Shown here in pieces: positions 1 through 9,791 of a stretch of DNA of 64,000 nucleotides (its first letter is position 1; each line of letters begins with the position of its first letter). The DNA is from an uncultured bacterium (lineage in GTDB: Bacteria; Krumholzibacteriota; Krumholzibacteriia; LZORAL124-64-63): contig CAVSZB010000007.1 in the NCBI GenBank assembly GCA_963732385.1, forward strand, positions 704,001 to 768,000. The letters run 5' to 3'. A model generated the notes under the pieces. That model was given only the letters and a program-made list of their open reading frames with translations, made no database searches and had not been told where the DNA came from. A program made the translations under genes and the position numbers.

Positions 1-659
1 AGGGCCCACCCCTCCCGCGGACCGTGAAACGCACGCGCGCGCAGGCTGAAGCTGTCCCAGGAGCGACTGTTGAGAACAGGAAAATCGCCCGGTTCCTGAT
101 AGTCGGTTGACGTTCCGCGCCAATCCCCCGCCAGATCCAGGTAGGTCGTCTCGCCGAGGTCCAGTCGCGCACCCAGACCGACGAGGGTTTCCCGCAGGTC
201 TTCGTCGATTTCGCCATGATAGAACGCTCGGCGGTAGCCCACGACCATGCCCGCCTGGGCATGGGTCCAGGCCTTCCCATACATCAGGACCCGCGCGCCG
301 ACCCCGTCGACCGACTCCTCGTCGCGGAAGAGATACAGCCCAAGCGTGCCATACCGTCGAACGGAATCCAGATCGAACAGCGCGCCGGCCCCCTGTCGCA
401 CCGCCTGCCGGTCCAGGGCGGAATTGCCGGCGCTCGCGTCATACTGCCCCAGTTCCAGCACCGCAGTGTTGGCATACGAGGAGAGACTTCCGTACCAGCG
501 CGGGACGTTCGCAACGTCCTCGAAATAGTCCCCGTCGCCGCCGAGACTGCCAACGCGCGTCTCGGTTGCGGATGCCACGGAGGCCATAACAGCGATCAGG
601 CCGAGGAGCGGCGCGAAGCGCAGAGAACGCAGGGCTACGGAGCAAAGCAGCAGCCGCAT
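1..659 (-). CDS. Putative outer-membrane beta-barrel protein, partial (runs off the window start)
   Basis: Not in the ORF track. Manual translation from ATG 659 (GGAGG upstream) gives MRLLLCSVALRSLRFAPLLGLIAVMASVASA-TETRVGSLGGDGDYFEDVANVPRWYG..., open to position 1. Signal peptide followed by alternating beta-strand-like segments. Confidence 0.7.
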   Translation of the reverse strand, partial: MRLLLCSVALRSLRFAPLLGLIAVMASVASATETRVGSLGGDGDYFEDVANVPRWYGSLSSYANTAVLELGQYDASAGNSALDRQAVRQGAGALFDLDSVRRYGTLGLYLFRDEESVDGVGARVLMYGKAWTHAQAGMVVGYRRAFYHGEIDEDLRETLVGLGARLDLGETTYLDLAGDWRGTSTDYQEPGDFPVLNSRSWDSFSLRARAFHGPREGWA

Positions 660-686
660 CGGGACATCAACCTCCTGGCGCCGGCG

Positions 687-1967
687 CTACAGCGTGCCGC
701 TGGCGACGAGGCGGAAATCGCCCAGGCCGTGGGCATCGTAGAAGGTGAAGACGAGACGCCGGGCGTGATAGTACCAGATCTCCCAGCGCCCCTCGTACCC
801 CAGATCGGCTCCCCGCTCCTCGATCGAGTCCGGCTCGCCGCAGCGGACCCAGATCCGACCGCGATCGGTGAGGGCGCCGCGTCCCAGCCCGCCGAACCGC
901 GCGTCGGCGGCCACGATCCGCAGCAGGTGCTCGCGCTCCAGCTCGGCGGCAGGGACACCGGCGGCGGTGGCCAGCGGCGGCCAGAGCGCCCGCCACGCTT
1001 CTCGCCGCTGTCCGGGCGGCAGCCGCAGCAGTTCGGCGCGTATCCCGGATGGCACGAGCCCCTCCAGCCAGGCCACATGCTGCCGCCACTGCCCGTCCTC
1101 GCGCCAACGCATCGCCAGATTCACAAACGGACGGGGAGGATCAAGGTCGAGTCGCTCCGGCGCGGTCGCATCGCCACTCTCTACCCTGAGCGACAGAACC
1201 AGCCGCCCCAGCGGCAGATCGTCCGCGGCCCAGGCAATCCGGATGACCGCGGGCGCATCCCCCACCGCTGAGGGCGAGATCATCAGCAGCCGCGGAGCCG
1301 GCTTGTCCCCCCGCCCCGGCGGCGCCACGAGCGCGGCAAGGGTGACCCCGTCCGGCGGCCAGTCCGGTACGTTGGGACGCCGGGCCAGGGTCACGCTGAC
1401 CCGCAGTGAATCCTCCTGGGGACCGAGCGCAGCGCCGGTGTTCGGCCCCACCGCCGCGTTCCAGGTGAAATCGGAAAAATAGAGCGGAACCCGCAGACCC
1501 CGTCCGGCGACGTACTCCAGGCGCTCCCGCCACCGGCGGGAGGTGCCTGTCACCAGGATCTCGACTTCCAGCGTGGTGCGGCCGCCGGCGCGCAGTTGCA
1601 GAGGCACGGCGCAGGAAAGTTGCTGATCGCCGCGCGTGGCGGCATAGTCGGCGACCGTGACCGCCGCCTCCCCCACCCCGCCCCCCGCGCGCCGGCCGTC
1701 GTGTTTCGCAATCACGGTCAACCGGATCGACGCACAAAAGGCCGCGCCCTCCCGGGTGAAGACGAGCGCGCCATACGGGACCGACGCCCGCACGAGCGGC
1801 GCTTCAGCACCGGTGGAATCGATGTGGGTAGCGACCGAGATCTGGATGCCGGCCCGGGCGGCCGGCTCCCAGGCCGGCGCCGCGCCCGTCGTCGCGGCGC
1901 CCAACAGCGCCGCGACGACGAGCAGGAGAAAAACGGCGGCAGCCTCGAGAAGCGATCGGGGGCTCAC
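687..1967 (-). CDS. GWxTD domain-containing exported protein
   Basis: Signal peptide; C-terminal ADARFGGLGRGALTDRGRIWVRCGEPD...WEIWYY...FTFYD matches the GWxTDRG-x-I-x3-G-x-PD pattern, with W degenerate. Confidence 0.8.
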   Translation of the reverse strand: MSPRSLLEAAAVFLLLVVAALLGAATTGAAPAWEPAARAGIQISVATHIDSTGAEAPLVRASVPYGALVFTREGAAFCASIRLTVIAKHDGRRAGGGVGEAAVTVADYAATRGDQQLSCAVPLQLRAGGRTTLEVEILVTGTSRRWRERLEYVAGRGLRVPLYFSDFTWNAAVGPNTGAALGPQEDSLRVSVTLARRPNVPDWPPDGVTLAALVAPPGRGDKPAPRLLMISPSAVGDAPAVIRIAWAADDLPLGRLVLSLRVESGDATAPERLDLDPPRPFVNLAMRWREDGQWRQHVAWLEGLVPSGIRAELLRLPPGQRREAWRALWPPLATAAGVPAAELEREHLLRIVAADARFGGLGRGALTDRGRIWVRCGEPDSIEERGADLGYEGRWEIWYYHARRLVFTFYDAHGLGDFRLVASGTL

Positions 1968-1981
1968 GCGCAGCCTTCCGC

Positions 1982-2710
1982 TCAGGCCGGCGACGCGTTA
2001 GCGGCCGCCGGAACGTTCGGCAGGTCGCTGGCCACACGGCCGTCGTGCAGCCGGATGATACGGTGCGTGTGCGCCGCGATATCCGGCTCGTGGGTCACGA
2101 TGATGATCGTGTTGCCATGGCGGTACAGGTCATCCATCAGCCCCATGATTTCAAGGCTGGTGACCGAATCAAGGTTGCCGGTCGGTTCGTCGGCCAAAAT
2201 CAGCGCCGGATTGTTCACCAGCGCCCGCGCAATCGCCACCCGCTGCCTCTGCCCGCCGCTAAGTTCGTTCGGTCGGTGCTCGGCGCGATCGCTCAGACCG
2301 ACCGCCGCCAGCGCCTCGGCCGCCCGCCGCCGTCGCTCGGCCAGCGGCCGGCCCGCGTAGACCAACGGCAACTCGACGTTCTGGAACGCCGTCGCGCGCG
2401 GGAGCAGGTTGAAGGTCTGGAAGACGAAACCGATCTCCCGGTTGCGGATGTGCGCGAGCTGATCGTCGGTGAGCGTGCTCACTTCGGTGCCGTTGAGCAC
2501 GTAGGTTCCGGCGGTCGGCGTGTCGAGGCAGCCGACCAGATTCATGAGGGTCGACTTGCCCGAACCGCTCGGCCCCATGATGGCCACGTACTCGCCGCGT
2601 CTGATCTCGAGATCCACGCCCCGCACGGCCGGCACCTCCACCGTGCCGACCTGGTAGGTCTTGCGCAGATCGCGCATGGCGATCAGGACCTCGTCGTCGC
2701 GGGGGCTCAC
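1982..2710 (-). CDS. ABC transporter ATP-binding protein (MacB/LolD-type)
   Basis: Walker [49 protein letters not shown]. Confidence 0.95.
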   Translation of the reverse strand: MSPRDDEVLIAMRDLRKTYQVGTVEVPAVRGVDLEIRRGEYVAIMGPSGSGKSTLMNLVGCLDTPTAGTYVLNGTEVSTLTDDQLAHIRNREIGFVFQTFNLLPRATAFQNVELPLVYAGRPLAERRRRAAEALAAVGLSDRAEHRPNELSGGQRQRVAIARALVNNPALILADEPTGNLDSVTSLEIMGLMDDLYRHGNTIIIVTHEPDIAAHTHRIIRLHDGRVASDLPNVPAAANASPA

Positions 2711-4167
2711 GACCCGCTCCCCACGTAGCGCACCGCCCGCCCGACGGCACGGTCGAGCTTGGCCGCGTTGATGAGATAGTCGCAGATGGCCTGCACCTCA
2801 TCGGCTCGCGCCTTCGCCAGGTTCACCTGCGCCGTAATCGCATCGAGAGTCGTGCCGGCGCCGACGCGGAAGCGCTCCTGCGCGAGGCGCAACGCCTCCT
2901 CCGCCTGGATGATGGTCTCCCGGCTCAGACTCGACCGCTCCCGCGCCTCGACGAGATTATTGTAGATCTGCCGCACCTCGAGTTGCGCGTCCAGACGGGC
3001 CTGCTCCAGGCCGTACTCGGCCACCCGCTCGCGCGCCTTGGCCTGCCCGCGGCCCGACAGGGTCTGCAGGCGGTCGAAAATGTTCCAGTTCACCCGGTAC
3101 CCGTAGCCGAGGTTGTCCGACTCCTGGGCGCCAAACCGGTAGGGCGACTCGTTCTTCGAGCGTGTGTAACTCAGGAACAGGTCCAGGCTGGGCCAGAACC
3201 CGGCGTTGGCCGACGTCACTTCGCCCCGGCGCGCCTCGAGATCCTGCGCCCGGCCCTGCAGATCCAAGCGGCGCGACAGCGCCTCCGCATAGAGGACATC
3301 GAGGCTTTCCAGGGTGAAGTCGGAGGACATGACCGAACGCTCGATCTCGAACCGCTCGGCGAGCGGGCGGTTCATGGCGTAGGCCAGATTGGCAAACGCC
3401 TGCTCCACGGCGTTTCCGGCCCGCACTACCTCGAGACGAGTCTGTTCGTGCAGGACCTTGGCCTGCAGGACGTCGCTGCGCGCCGCGCTGCCGAGCTTGA
3501 AGTAGACCTCCATCCGCTCCAGCTCGCGTCCCGCGAGGTCCTGGCTCTCCCCGGCGACCTCCAGCAGGCGTTCGTAGCGCAGGAGATTGAAATAGGCCGC
3601 GGCCACGTTCTCGACGACCTGCTGCCGCGCGTAGCCGGCCGACGACTCGACCGCGCGGAGCGAGCTGCGCGCCGATTTCAGCGCCCCATACTTGCGCATC
3701 CCGTCGAAAACATTCAGCGACGCGTCCGCGCCCCAGTCCGAGTAGGTCGTCTTCAGGCTCTGGTCGTAGAGCTCCCCGGTCGGGCGGGAGATCCCGTAGG
3801 GGATGATGTTGCCACCGAGGGTCGCGATCGAATCCGGGATCACGCTGGTGCGCGACACGTCGAAGTCAGTCCGCTCGTTCTTGCTGTACTGCCGGCCCAG
3901 GCTGACGTTCGGCAGGAACGCCCCCCAGGCGCCCTGCACGCCGGCGGCGGCCGCATCGCGCTCCGCGTCCGCGGTGGCGAGGCCGAGACTGCTGCGCAGC
4001 GCGATCTCCACGCACTGCGCCAGATCGAGCGCAGGCCGCGCCGCGGCCGCGCTGTCGCCCGGGGCCGCAGCCGCCAGGGAAGTTTCCGACCGCGCCACCG
4101 CGGCCTCCATGCTCACCAGCACCGACAGCGTCACCATGGCGCCCCGGCAAATGGACCGCACGTTCAT
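2707..4167 (-). CDS. TolC-family outer-membrane efflux protein
   Basis: Two outer-membrane efflux repeats (AFLPNVSL...; FWPSLDL...[14 protein letters not shown]). Start moved to ATG 4167 (AGGAG upstream); stop overlaps the ATPase start. Confidence 0.9.
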   Translation of the reverse strand: MNVRSICRGAMVTLSVLVSMEAAVARSETSLAAAAPGDSAAAARPALDLAQCVEIALRSSLGLATADAERDAAAAGVQGAWGAFLPNVSLGRQYSKNERTDFDVSRTSVIPDSIATLGGNIIPYGISRPTGELYDQSLKTTYSDWGADASLNVFDGMRKYGALKSARSSLRAVESSAGYARQQVVENVAAAYFNLLRYERLLEVAGESQDLAGRELERMEVYFKLGSAARSDVLQAKVLHEQTRLEVVRAGNAVEQAFANLAYAMNRPLAERFEIERSVMSSDFTLESLDVLYAEALSRRLDLQGRAQDLEARRGEVTSANAGFWPSLDLFLSYTRSKNESPYRFGAQESDNLGYGYRVNWNIFDRLQTLSGRGQAKARERVAEYGLEQARLDAQLEVRQIYNNLVEARERSSLSRETIIQAEEALRLAQERFRVGAGTTLDAITAQVNLAKARADEVQAICDYLINAAKLDRAVGRAVRYVGSGS

Positions 4168-4383
4168 GAACCTGTCTCCTCCGGGAGGTGGCCGCGAGTC
4201 GCACGAACCGCCCCGCCGCCGAGCCGCGACGGGCGCCCGCGCGCCGATGATAGACAGCACCGGCCAGGAATCCAACGCCTTTCCGCGCTACCCCCGCCAC
4301 CGGCACCAGACAATAGAATACGCATGGGAACGGGCGGGGGTTGCGCCCCGCCCGCCCGAATCGCACCGCGCCCTGTCCGTCGG

Positions 4384-5028
4384 CTAGTGAAGTTTGAACC
4401 GGAAGGGGATGGCCATCCACGCCTTGACCGGGATGTTCCGCTGCTTGCCCGGCTCGAACTTGCACTTCAGCGCCGCCTCGCGCGCCGCCGAATCGAGCAT
4501 CGGGTGCACCGACTGCAGCACCTCCGCCCGCAGGACGCTGCCATCCGGGCCGACCAGCACCTTCACCAGCACCGTCCCCTCCAACCCAGAGGCCCGCGCC
4601 ATCTCCGGGTAGTCCGGCTGCACGAACCGGATCAGCTTCGGCTTCTCCTGCGAGGCGATGAACACATCGCCCCCGCCGTCGCCCATATCGCCGCTGGGCA
4701 CCGGGATGTTCTCGAAATCCTCGAACAGGCTCTCTGCGATATCGATGTCCTCAGTCACCTCGTCGTCCGCCGCGGCCTCGACCGCCGCCTGCGGGCGCGG
4801 CACATCCTCGGGCGGCGGCGGAATATCCACCGCGTCGGGCATGTCGACCACTTCGAGCGTGCTCGAACGGAGCCGGTACGGCTGCGGGATGTAGCGCGGC
4901 GAGAACATGAAGGCCAGCAGGATCATGAGCAGCCCGATGTACGTGGCATTGCGCAGGTACTTCGGGTACTTCGCCTTGAACTGCTCGTTGGCTGACAGGG
5001 CCGCCTGCGCGAAATCTTGCGCGGTCAT
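4384..5028 (-). CDS. tonB: Energy transducer TonB
   Basis: N-terminal TM, Pro/acidic linker, C-terminal PDYPEMARASGLEGTVLVKVLVGPDG...IPFRFKL. Confidence 0.93.
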   Translation of the reverse strand: MTAQDFAQAALSANEQFKAKYPKYLRNATYIGLLMILLAFMFSPRYIPQPYRLRSSTLEVVDMPDAVDIPPPPEDVPRPQAAVEAAADDEVTEDIDIAESLFEDFENIPVPSGDMGDGGGDVFIASQEKPKLIRFVQPDYPEMARASGLEGTVLVKVLVGPDGSVLRAEVLQSVHPMLDSAAREAALKCKFEPGKQRNIPVKAWMAIPFRFKLH

Positions 5029-5041
5029 GCTGCCCCCACTC

Positions 5042-5470
5042 CTAGTACTTGCGGCCGGGGTTGGCGTCGGGCTTGCTGTTGAAGGACACGCGCAAGGCGT
5101 TGACCTCCTTCAACTCCTCCATCACATCGCTGACGACCTTGTACGGGGTCTCCTTGTCGGCCTTGAAGGCGACGATCAGGGCCGGGTTGGCCGCGATCTT
5201 CTGCCCCATCAGCGCCGAAACATCCTGCGGGCGCACGAGCATGTCGTCGACGGAAATCTGCCCCCGCCTGCTGATAAAAATGTTGGCCACCAGGTCCTGC
5301 TTGACCTTCTCGCCCGCCTCCGCGCGCGGCAGATCAACGACCAGACCGGTCTCCTTGATGAAGATCGTGGTCACCATGAAAAAGATCAGGAGCAGGAACG
5401 CGATATCCCCCGTGGAGGCGGTGGGAATCGAACTCCCTCGCGCATTCTTGCGATTGAAATCGAGGGCCAC
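5042..5470 (-). CDS. exbD: ExbD/TolR biopolymer transport protein
   Basis: GDIAFLLLIFFMV TM with the conserved Asp; KADKETPYKVVSDVMEEL. Confidence 0.93.
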   Translation of the reverse strand: MALDFNRKNARGSSIPTASTGDIAFLLLIFFMVTTIFIKETGLVVDLPRAEAGEKVKQDLVANIFISRRGQISVDDMLVRPQDVSALMGQKIAANPALIVAFKADKETPYKVVSDVMEELKEVNALRVSFNSKPDANPGRKY

Positions 5471-5487
5471 GGCTTAAGCTCCCATCC

Positions 5488-5898
5488 CTACTTGGACGTC
5501 TTCAGCGACACCCGACGGGCCTCGGACAGCTTGAGCTCGTCCAGACACGCCACCATCATGCCGTAGTTCGCGTCGGGGTGCGTCTCGAGCACGACGACCA
5601 GTTTCGGCTGCGCCTGGAGGCGCAGTTCCAACGCCGCCTTGATGTGATTGATCTCGATCGAATTCCCGTCTAGCGTGACGCTGTTGTCAGCGTGAACCTT
5701 CAGGGTCGCGATGTTGCTCTGCTTGATCCGGATCGCCTGCTGCACGGTTTCCTTCGCGGGCAGCAGCAGCGGCAGGCCCAGGTCGAGCGCGAACGCCGTC
5801 GACACGATGAAGAAGATCAGCAACAGGAAGGCGACGTCACTGGTCGAAACCAGCTCGATCCCCGCGATCGCCTTCTTCCGCCGCGACTTCATGACCAT
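5488..5898 (-). CDS. exbD: ExbD/TolR biopolymer transport protein (second paralogue)
   Basis: SDVAFLLLIFFIV TM with the conserved Asp; HPDANYGMMVACLDEL. Confidence 0.92.
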   Translation of the reverse strand: MVMKSRRKKAIAGIELVSTSDVAFLLLIFFIVSTAFALDLGLPLLLPAKETVQQAIRIKQSNIATLKVHADNSVTLDGNSIEINHIKAALELRLQAQPKLVVVLETHPDANYGMMVACLDELKLSEARRVSLKTSK

Positions 5899-5948
5899 GA
5901 CCGCTCACCTTCCCGCTCGCGGACGGGCCGCGCCCGCCCCGCTTTCGG

Positions 5949-6827
5949 CTACTTCCGCGCCTGGATCCGGACGACCTCGTCGATCAGCTCGCCGGCGCTC
6001 TCCTCCATCTCGTTCACGAAGCGGTCGTTCACGGCGACGAAGTAGTTGTAACCGGCGGCGCACGGGATGGCGATGATCAGACCGGCGGCGGTGGTGATCA
6101 GAGCCTCGGAAATACCGCTGGCGACCAGCTTCGCGTTGACCTGCTCGGCCGCGGCGATCGCCTCGAAGGCGTGGATCATGCCCGAAACGGTGCCGAGGAA
6201 GCCGATCAGCGGAGCGATGTTGATAACGGTCGTGATCCAGTTGAGGCCGCGCTCGAGGAACGCGAGTTCCAGCGCGCCGGCCGAGCCGCACGCCTTCTCC
6301 ACCGCCGCCGGCCCCTGGTCGATTTTCTGCAGCCCGGCGTTCATGATCGCCGCGATCGGGCCGCGGGTGCGCTGGCAAAGCTGCGAAGCGGCGTCGGCCC
6401 CCTCGGTGCGCAGCGTGGTGATGACGCTGCCGATCAGCTTCCGGGTGTCGGTCCTGGCGCGGTTGAGCGTCCAGAAGCGCTCGATCACATAGGCCGCGCC
6501 AATGATGGCCGACAGCAGCAGCCAGTGCATGAAGTTGCCGCCGCGGACATACAGGTCGCCCACGCCGGTCCGGCCGAGCCGGCTGTTGGCGATCAGGCCC
6601 ATGAACCCGCCCATCTTCTGCTTCACGACCAGGATCTCATCCGTGGAGTCCTGGGCGGTGGAGCCGAAGGCGAGCGAATCGTTCGTCGCCATGATTCCTT
6701 CGATGTTCGGACCGCCGGCGTTGTCCGGCTGCTGGGCGAGGGCGGCATAGGCCATCAGCAGGAGGGCCACCAGACCCACGCCAGCCAGCGCGACCGCAGC
6801 GCGTTTGATCATACCCTGACGAGCCAT
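5949..6827 (-). CDS. exbB: MotA/TolQ/ExbB proton-channel protein with N-terminal signal peptide and extension
   Basis: APLIGFLGTVSGMI and GISEALITTAAGLIIAIP motifs; ATG 6827 with GGGAG upstream. Confidence 0.93.
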   Translation of the reverse strand: MARQGMIKRAAVALAGVGLVALLLMAYAALAQQPDNAGGPNIEGIMATNDSLAFGSTAQDSTDEILVVKQKMGGFMGLIANSRLGRTGVGDLYVRGGNFMHWLLLSAIIGAAYVIERFWTLNRARTDTRKLIGSVITTLRTEGADAASQLCQRTRGPIAAIMNAGLQKIDQGPAAVEKACGSAGALELAFLERGLNWITTVINIAPLIGFLGTVSGMIHAFEAIAAAEQVNAKLVASGISEALITTAAGLIIAIPCAAGYNYFVAVNDRFVNEMEESAGELIDEVVRIQARK

Positions 6828-6976
6828 TGTGCCTGATCTCCCTTTCCAGTATTGAAACCCGCGAGTTGAGAGCACCCGGAGGTCGTAATGGTAGCAGGTG
6901 GGAGCTACCTCGTTGTAGGCGGCCGGCCTCCGGTGGCCTCGCGGCAACCGACGAACCGCCCTGCCGACGCCCAGTT

Positions 6977-7005
6977 AATTTGTGGCAATCGCGCGCCCAA
7001 GTCAA
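6977..7005 (-). promoter_or_regulatory. Candidate sigma-70 promoter for exbB-exbD-exbD-tonB
   Basis: TTGACT-N17-CAAATT on the minus strand; the -10 element is imperfect. Confidence 0.4.
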
Positions 7006-7053
7006 ACGAAATTCGACCGCCACGGCGGCCTGAGCGCGCGCTCAGATGCCCAC

Positions 7054-8655
7054 TCAACCACCTTGATTCAAGGCGTTTGTCGACTCGAGCGACCACAGCC
7101 CGGTGCCGGTCCGATCGACGAACAGGAAGCGCAGGCCCAGATTCTGCCCGCTGTACCGATTGGGAAAGATCTGCGACCCGGCGTGGTTGTACTGCCACAG
7201 CTCGAAACCTCGCTCGAGCCTGATGCCCTGCTGCCGGGCCAGGATCTCCCGCCGCGACTGATGGTTGAGCAGGAGAGGAATGCCGGAGCCCCCTTTGACC
7301 TGCGTCCCCTCGCGCTGTGGAACGTACTGATCGAACACCCGGGCCAGCGCGTCCTCCTGCTCCGACTCGTTGAGGGGCAGCACCTCCTGGGAAATCTCGT
7401 CGGGCGGACCGAGCATCAGGAAGATCGCACCGCGTGGATCGACCGGCCCGGTCCGGGAGAGCCCGCCGAGATACTCCCGGACGTAGGAAACGCGCCGCCG
7501 GAACTCCAGGTACGCCTCGTTGACCGGCGTGGCCGGATCGGGATCGCGCTCCTGCCAGAAACGCTCCAGAATCGCCTCCTTTTCCGCCTGCCCCACGGCC
7601 TCGAATTCGTCCAGTCGGCTGCCGGTCAGGACCGTTCGCCCCTCGCCTTGCAGTTCTTCCGCGAAACGGTTGAGGGAATGGGCACTCCAGACCACATCGA
7701 ATTCGGCCACCCAGGGTCGGCCCCGCCCGCTCGCCGGCGCACATCCGAGTTGATAGGCGCCAGGCGGCAGATCCCTGAGGTTGAGATCGTAGAACACGCC
7801 GGTCGTGCCGCCGCGCGACAGACGAGCGATCTGCGCTTCGTCGAAGGTGATGGTGTCACGCAGGGCGAACGCGAGATCCTTGGCGAGCACCTGAATATGG
7901 ACGCCGTCGCGGGCCGCCGCCGCTCCCCCCTGCGCCGGCGCCTCCACTTCGAAGTACAGTTGCAGATTTTTCTGTTCCAGGCCGTAGCGACGGTTGGGGT
8001 GCAGATAGTCGGTCAGGACGGAGTGTTCCGCCGCGGCGGCCGCCACCCCCTGATCACGCCAGAGTGCGATCGGCGCGCCGGCGAGAAATACCGGATCGCC
8101 GAGCGTGAGACCGTCCGGAGCCCGGAGCGATTCTGCCGCCACCCACTCCCCCACCGCCTCGCTCCGCGCCCAACGGTTGCGCTTGATGCGGCTGATCAGC
8201 CCCGGCCGCTCCCGGCCGCGGTCCGTGATCGTGACGGTCAGGCGCCCACTGCCTGCGCGCACCCCCGGCAATACGAGCGGCAGGATCTGATAGGAGATGG
8301 GTGATTCGGCCAATTCCGGATCATCGCAACGGAGGGCGACCCTCGTCTCCAGGGAGGCGCCATCGCCATCGTACCCTTCCAGTGCGACCGTCACCCCCAC
8401 CTCCCCTTCCAGCCGACCGGCAACGGGGCGGAAGGTCAGTTCGCGGTTCGCCACGCCGATGAGCAGGATGAGGCTGCAGCTCCCGTCCGGTTCGATGCGG
8501 TCGAGGACGTCGACGGTCGTCAGGAAATTACCGGATCCATCGAGCGGTCGCAGCAGCCCGGCGCCCGCCGGGTCTGCGACCAGCAGGGCGAAAAGAGAAC
8601 AGACCAGGCGGGCGGGAAGACAGCGCAGCAGCCAGGCGCGCGGTGAGTACTGCAC
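7054..8655 (-). CDS. GWxTD domain-containing exported protein
   Basis: ERFWQERDPDPATPVNEAYLEFRRRV...GPVDPRGAIFLMLGPPDE...ELWQY...FLFVDRTGTG follows the GWxTD domain layout; GTG 8655 with GAGGAGG upstream. Confidence 0.85.
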   Translation of the reverse strand: MQYSPRAWLLRCLPARLVCSLFALLVADPAGAGLLRPLDGSGNFLTTVDVLDRIEPDGSCSLILLIGVANRELTFRPVAGRLEGEVGVTVALEGYDGDGASLETRVALRCDDPELAESPISYQILPLVLPGVRAGSGRLTVTITDRGRERPGLISRIKRNRWARSEAVGEWVAAESLRAPDGLTLGDPVFLAGAPIALWRDQGVAAAAAEHSVLTDYLHPNRRYGLEQKNLQLYFEVEAPAQGGAAAARDGVHIQVLAKDLAFALRDTITFDEAQIARLSRGGTTGVFYDLNLRDLPPGAYQLGCAPASGRGRPWVAEFDVVWSAHSLNRFAEELQGEGRTVLTGSRLDEFEAVGQAEKEAILERFWQERDPDPATPVNEAYLEFRRRVSYVREYLGGLSRTGPVDPRGAIFLMLGPPDEISQEVLPLNESEQEDALARVFDQYVPQREGTQVKGGSGIPLLLNHQSRREILARQQGIRLERGFELWQYNHAGSQIFPNRYSGQNLGLRFLFVDRTGTGLWSLESTNALNQGG

Positions 8656-8763
8656 GATGGTGACCTCCTCGAATCGCGGCAGAGACGGATGCCGGCGGTC
8701 GGCTTTGGTGAATCTACGGCGACGACGACAGCGCGGCAACGCCGCAGGCTCGGAACCTACGCA

Positions 8764-8798
8764 CGCGGGCCCGCCTCCCCAGGGGAGGCGGGCCCGCG
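8764..8798. repeat. Perfect 17-bp inverted repeat (intercistronic stem-loop)
   Basis: cgcgggcccgcctcccc-a-ggggaggcgggcccgcg just after the PorV-like gene stop; no U-tract. Confidence 0.8.
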
Positions 8799-8817
8799 AA
8801 GCCGGCGACCGCAGACG

Positions 8818-9750
8818 CTAGTAGACGAAAGAGAGCGTGAGGCGATTGACCCAGCCGAGCGCCTGCATGTCGGTGGCGCTGTAATCGAGGCGGGCCTGCG
8901 AGGTCTTGCCGGTATTGAAGGCCACGCCAAAGCCCATGGCCAGAGCGTCCGAATCGAAGTTCAGATTGTAGCCGGCCCGGCCATAGAACAAGTTGTTCAG
9001 ATTGTACTCGATCCCGAGGTTCGCCCGCTCGGCCGCGTCGGCCGGATGCTGAAACTCCGCCGAGGCCAGCAGTTGCTGGCTGCCACGGTTCAGGGCGTTG
9101 AAACTGGCCCCGACCTTGAACGTGGTCGGCAGTTTCGCCTCGCGATCATCGAAGTTCACTTTTCCGCCCAGGTTCTGAATCACCATGCCAAGTTTCAGCC
9201 CCCGCACGCCGATGCGATAGAGAATGCCAAAGTCAGCGCTGGCGGAGTTCACGGCCGCTTCGGCAAGACCCATGTGGAGATAGTTGAGGGTCAGCCCGGA
9301 ACTGAACTTGTCCGTGAAGAAACGGCTGTACGTGAACCCGAAGGCGGTCGAACCGGCATCGAAGGTCTGGCCGTTACCCTCCGGCTGGTAGGCGGTGCGG
9401 ACCAGCATGGGATCAAGCCACAACGACCGGACAGAGATGGCAAACGAGCCCGGGATCTGGCGCGGCTTGAACGCCAAAACGGCCGAGGTCAGCTTGATAT
9501 CCGCCGGCCAATCGACGTGGGAGAGCTGGAACTCGCTGCCACGTACATTCACCAGTCCGGCCGGATTCCAGAAGACCGAGGCTGCGTCGTCAGCCACCGC
9601 GGTATAGGCCGCCCCCATGCCGGCCGCCCGAGCGGTCGTTCCGATCTGCATGAACTGCCCGGCGAAGGTGCCCACCTTCTCGAAGAACGCGGCCGACGCC
9701 ACCGCGGGCAGGACCAGCACCAGCACCGTTAATAACACTAAGCGCTTCAT
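8818..9750 (-). CDS. PorV/PorQ-family (FadL-like) outer-membrane beta-barrel
   Basis: Signal peptide, then KVGTFAGQFMQIGTTARAAGMGAAYTAVADDAASVFWNPAGL; aromatic C-terminus (LTLSFVY); GGAGG before ATG 9750. Confidence 0.88.
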   Translation of the reverse strand: MKRLVLLTVLVLVLPAVASAAFFEKVGTFAGQFMQIGTTARAAGMGAAYTAVADDAASVFWNPAGLVNVRGSEFQLSHVDWPADIKLTSAVLAFKPRQIPGSFAISVRSLWLDPMLVRTAYQPEGNGQTFDAGSTAFGFTYSRFFTDKFSSGLTLNYLHMGLAEAAVNSASADFGILYRIGVRGLKLGMVIQNLGGKVNFDDREAKLPTTFKVGASFNALNRGSQQLLASAEFQHPADAAERANLGIEYNLNNLFYGRAGYNLNFDSDALAMGFGVAFNTGKTSQARLDYSATDMQALGWVNRLTLSFVY

Positions 9751-9791
9751 GGGAACCTCCAGGTCCGACCGCGGACCGGTCACCACACTTC

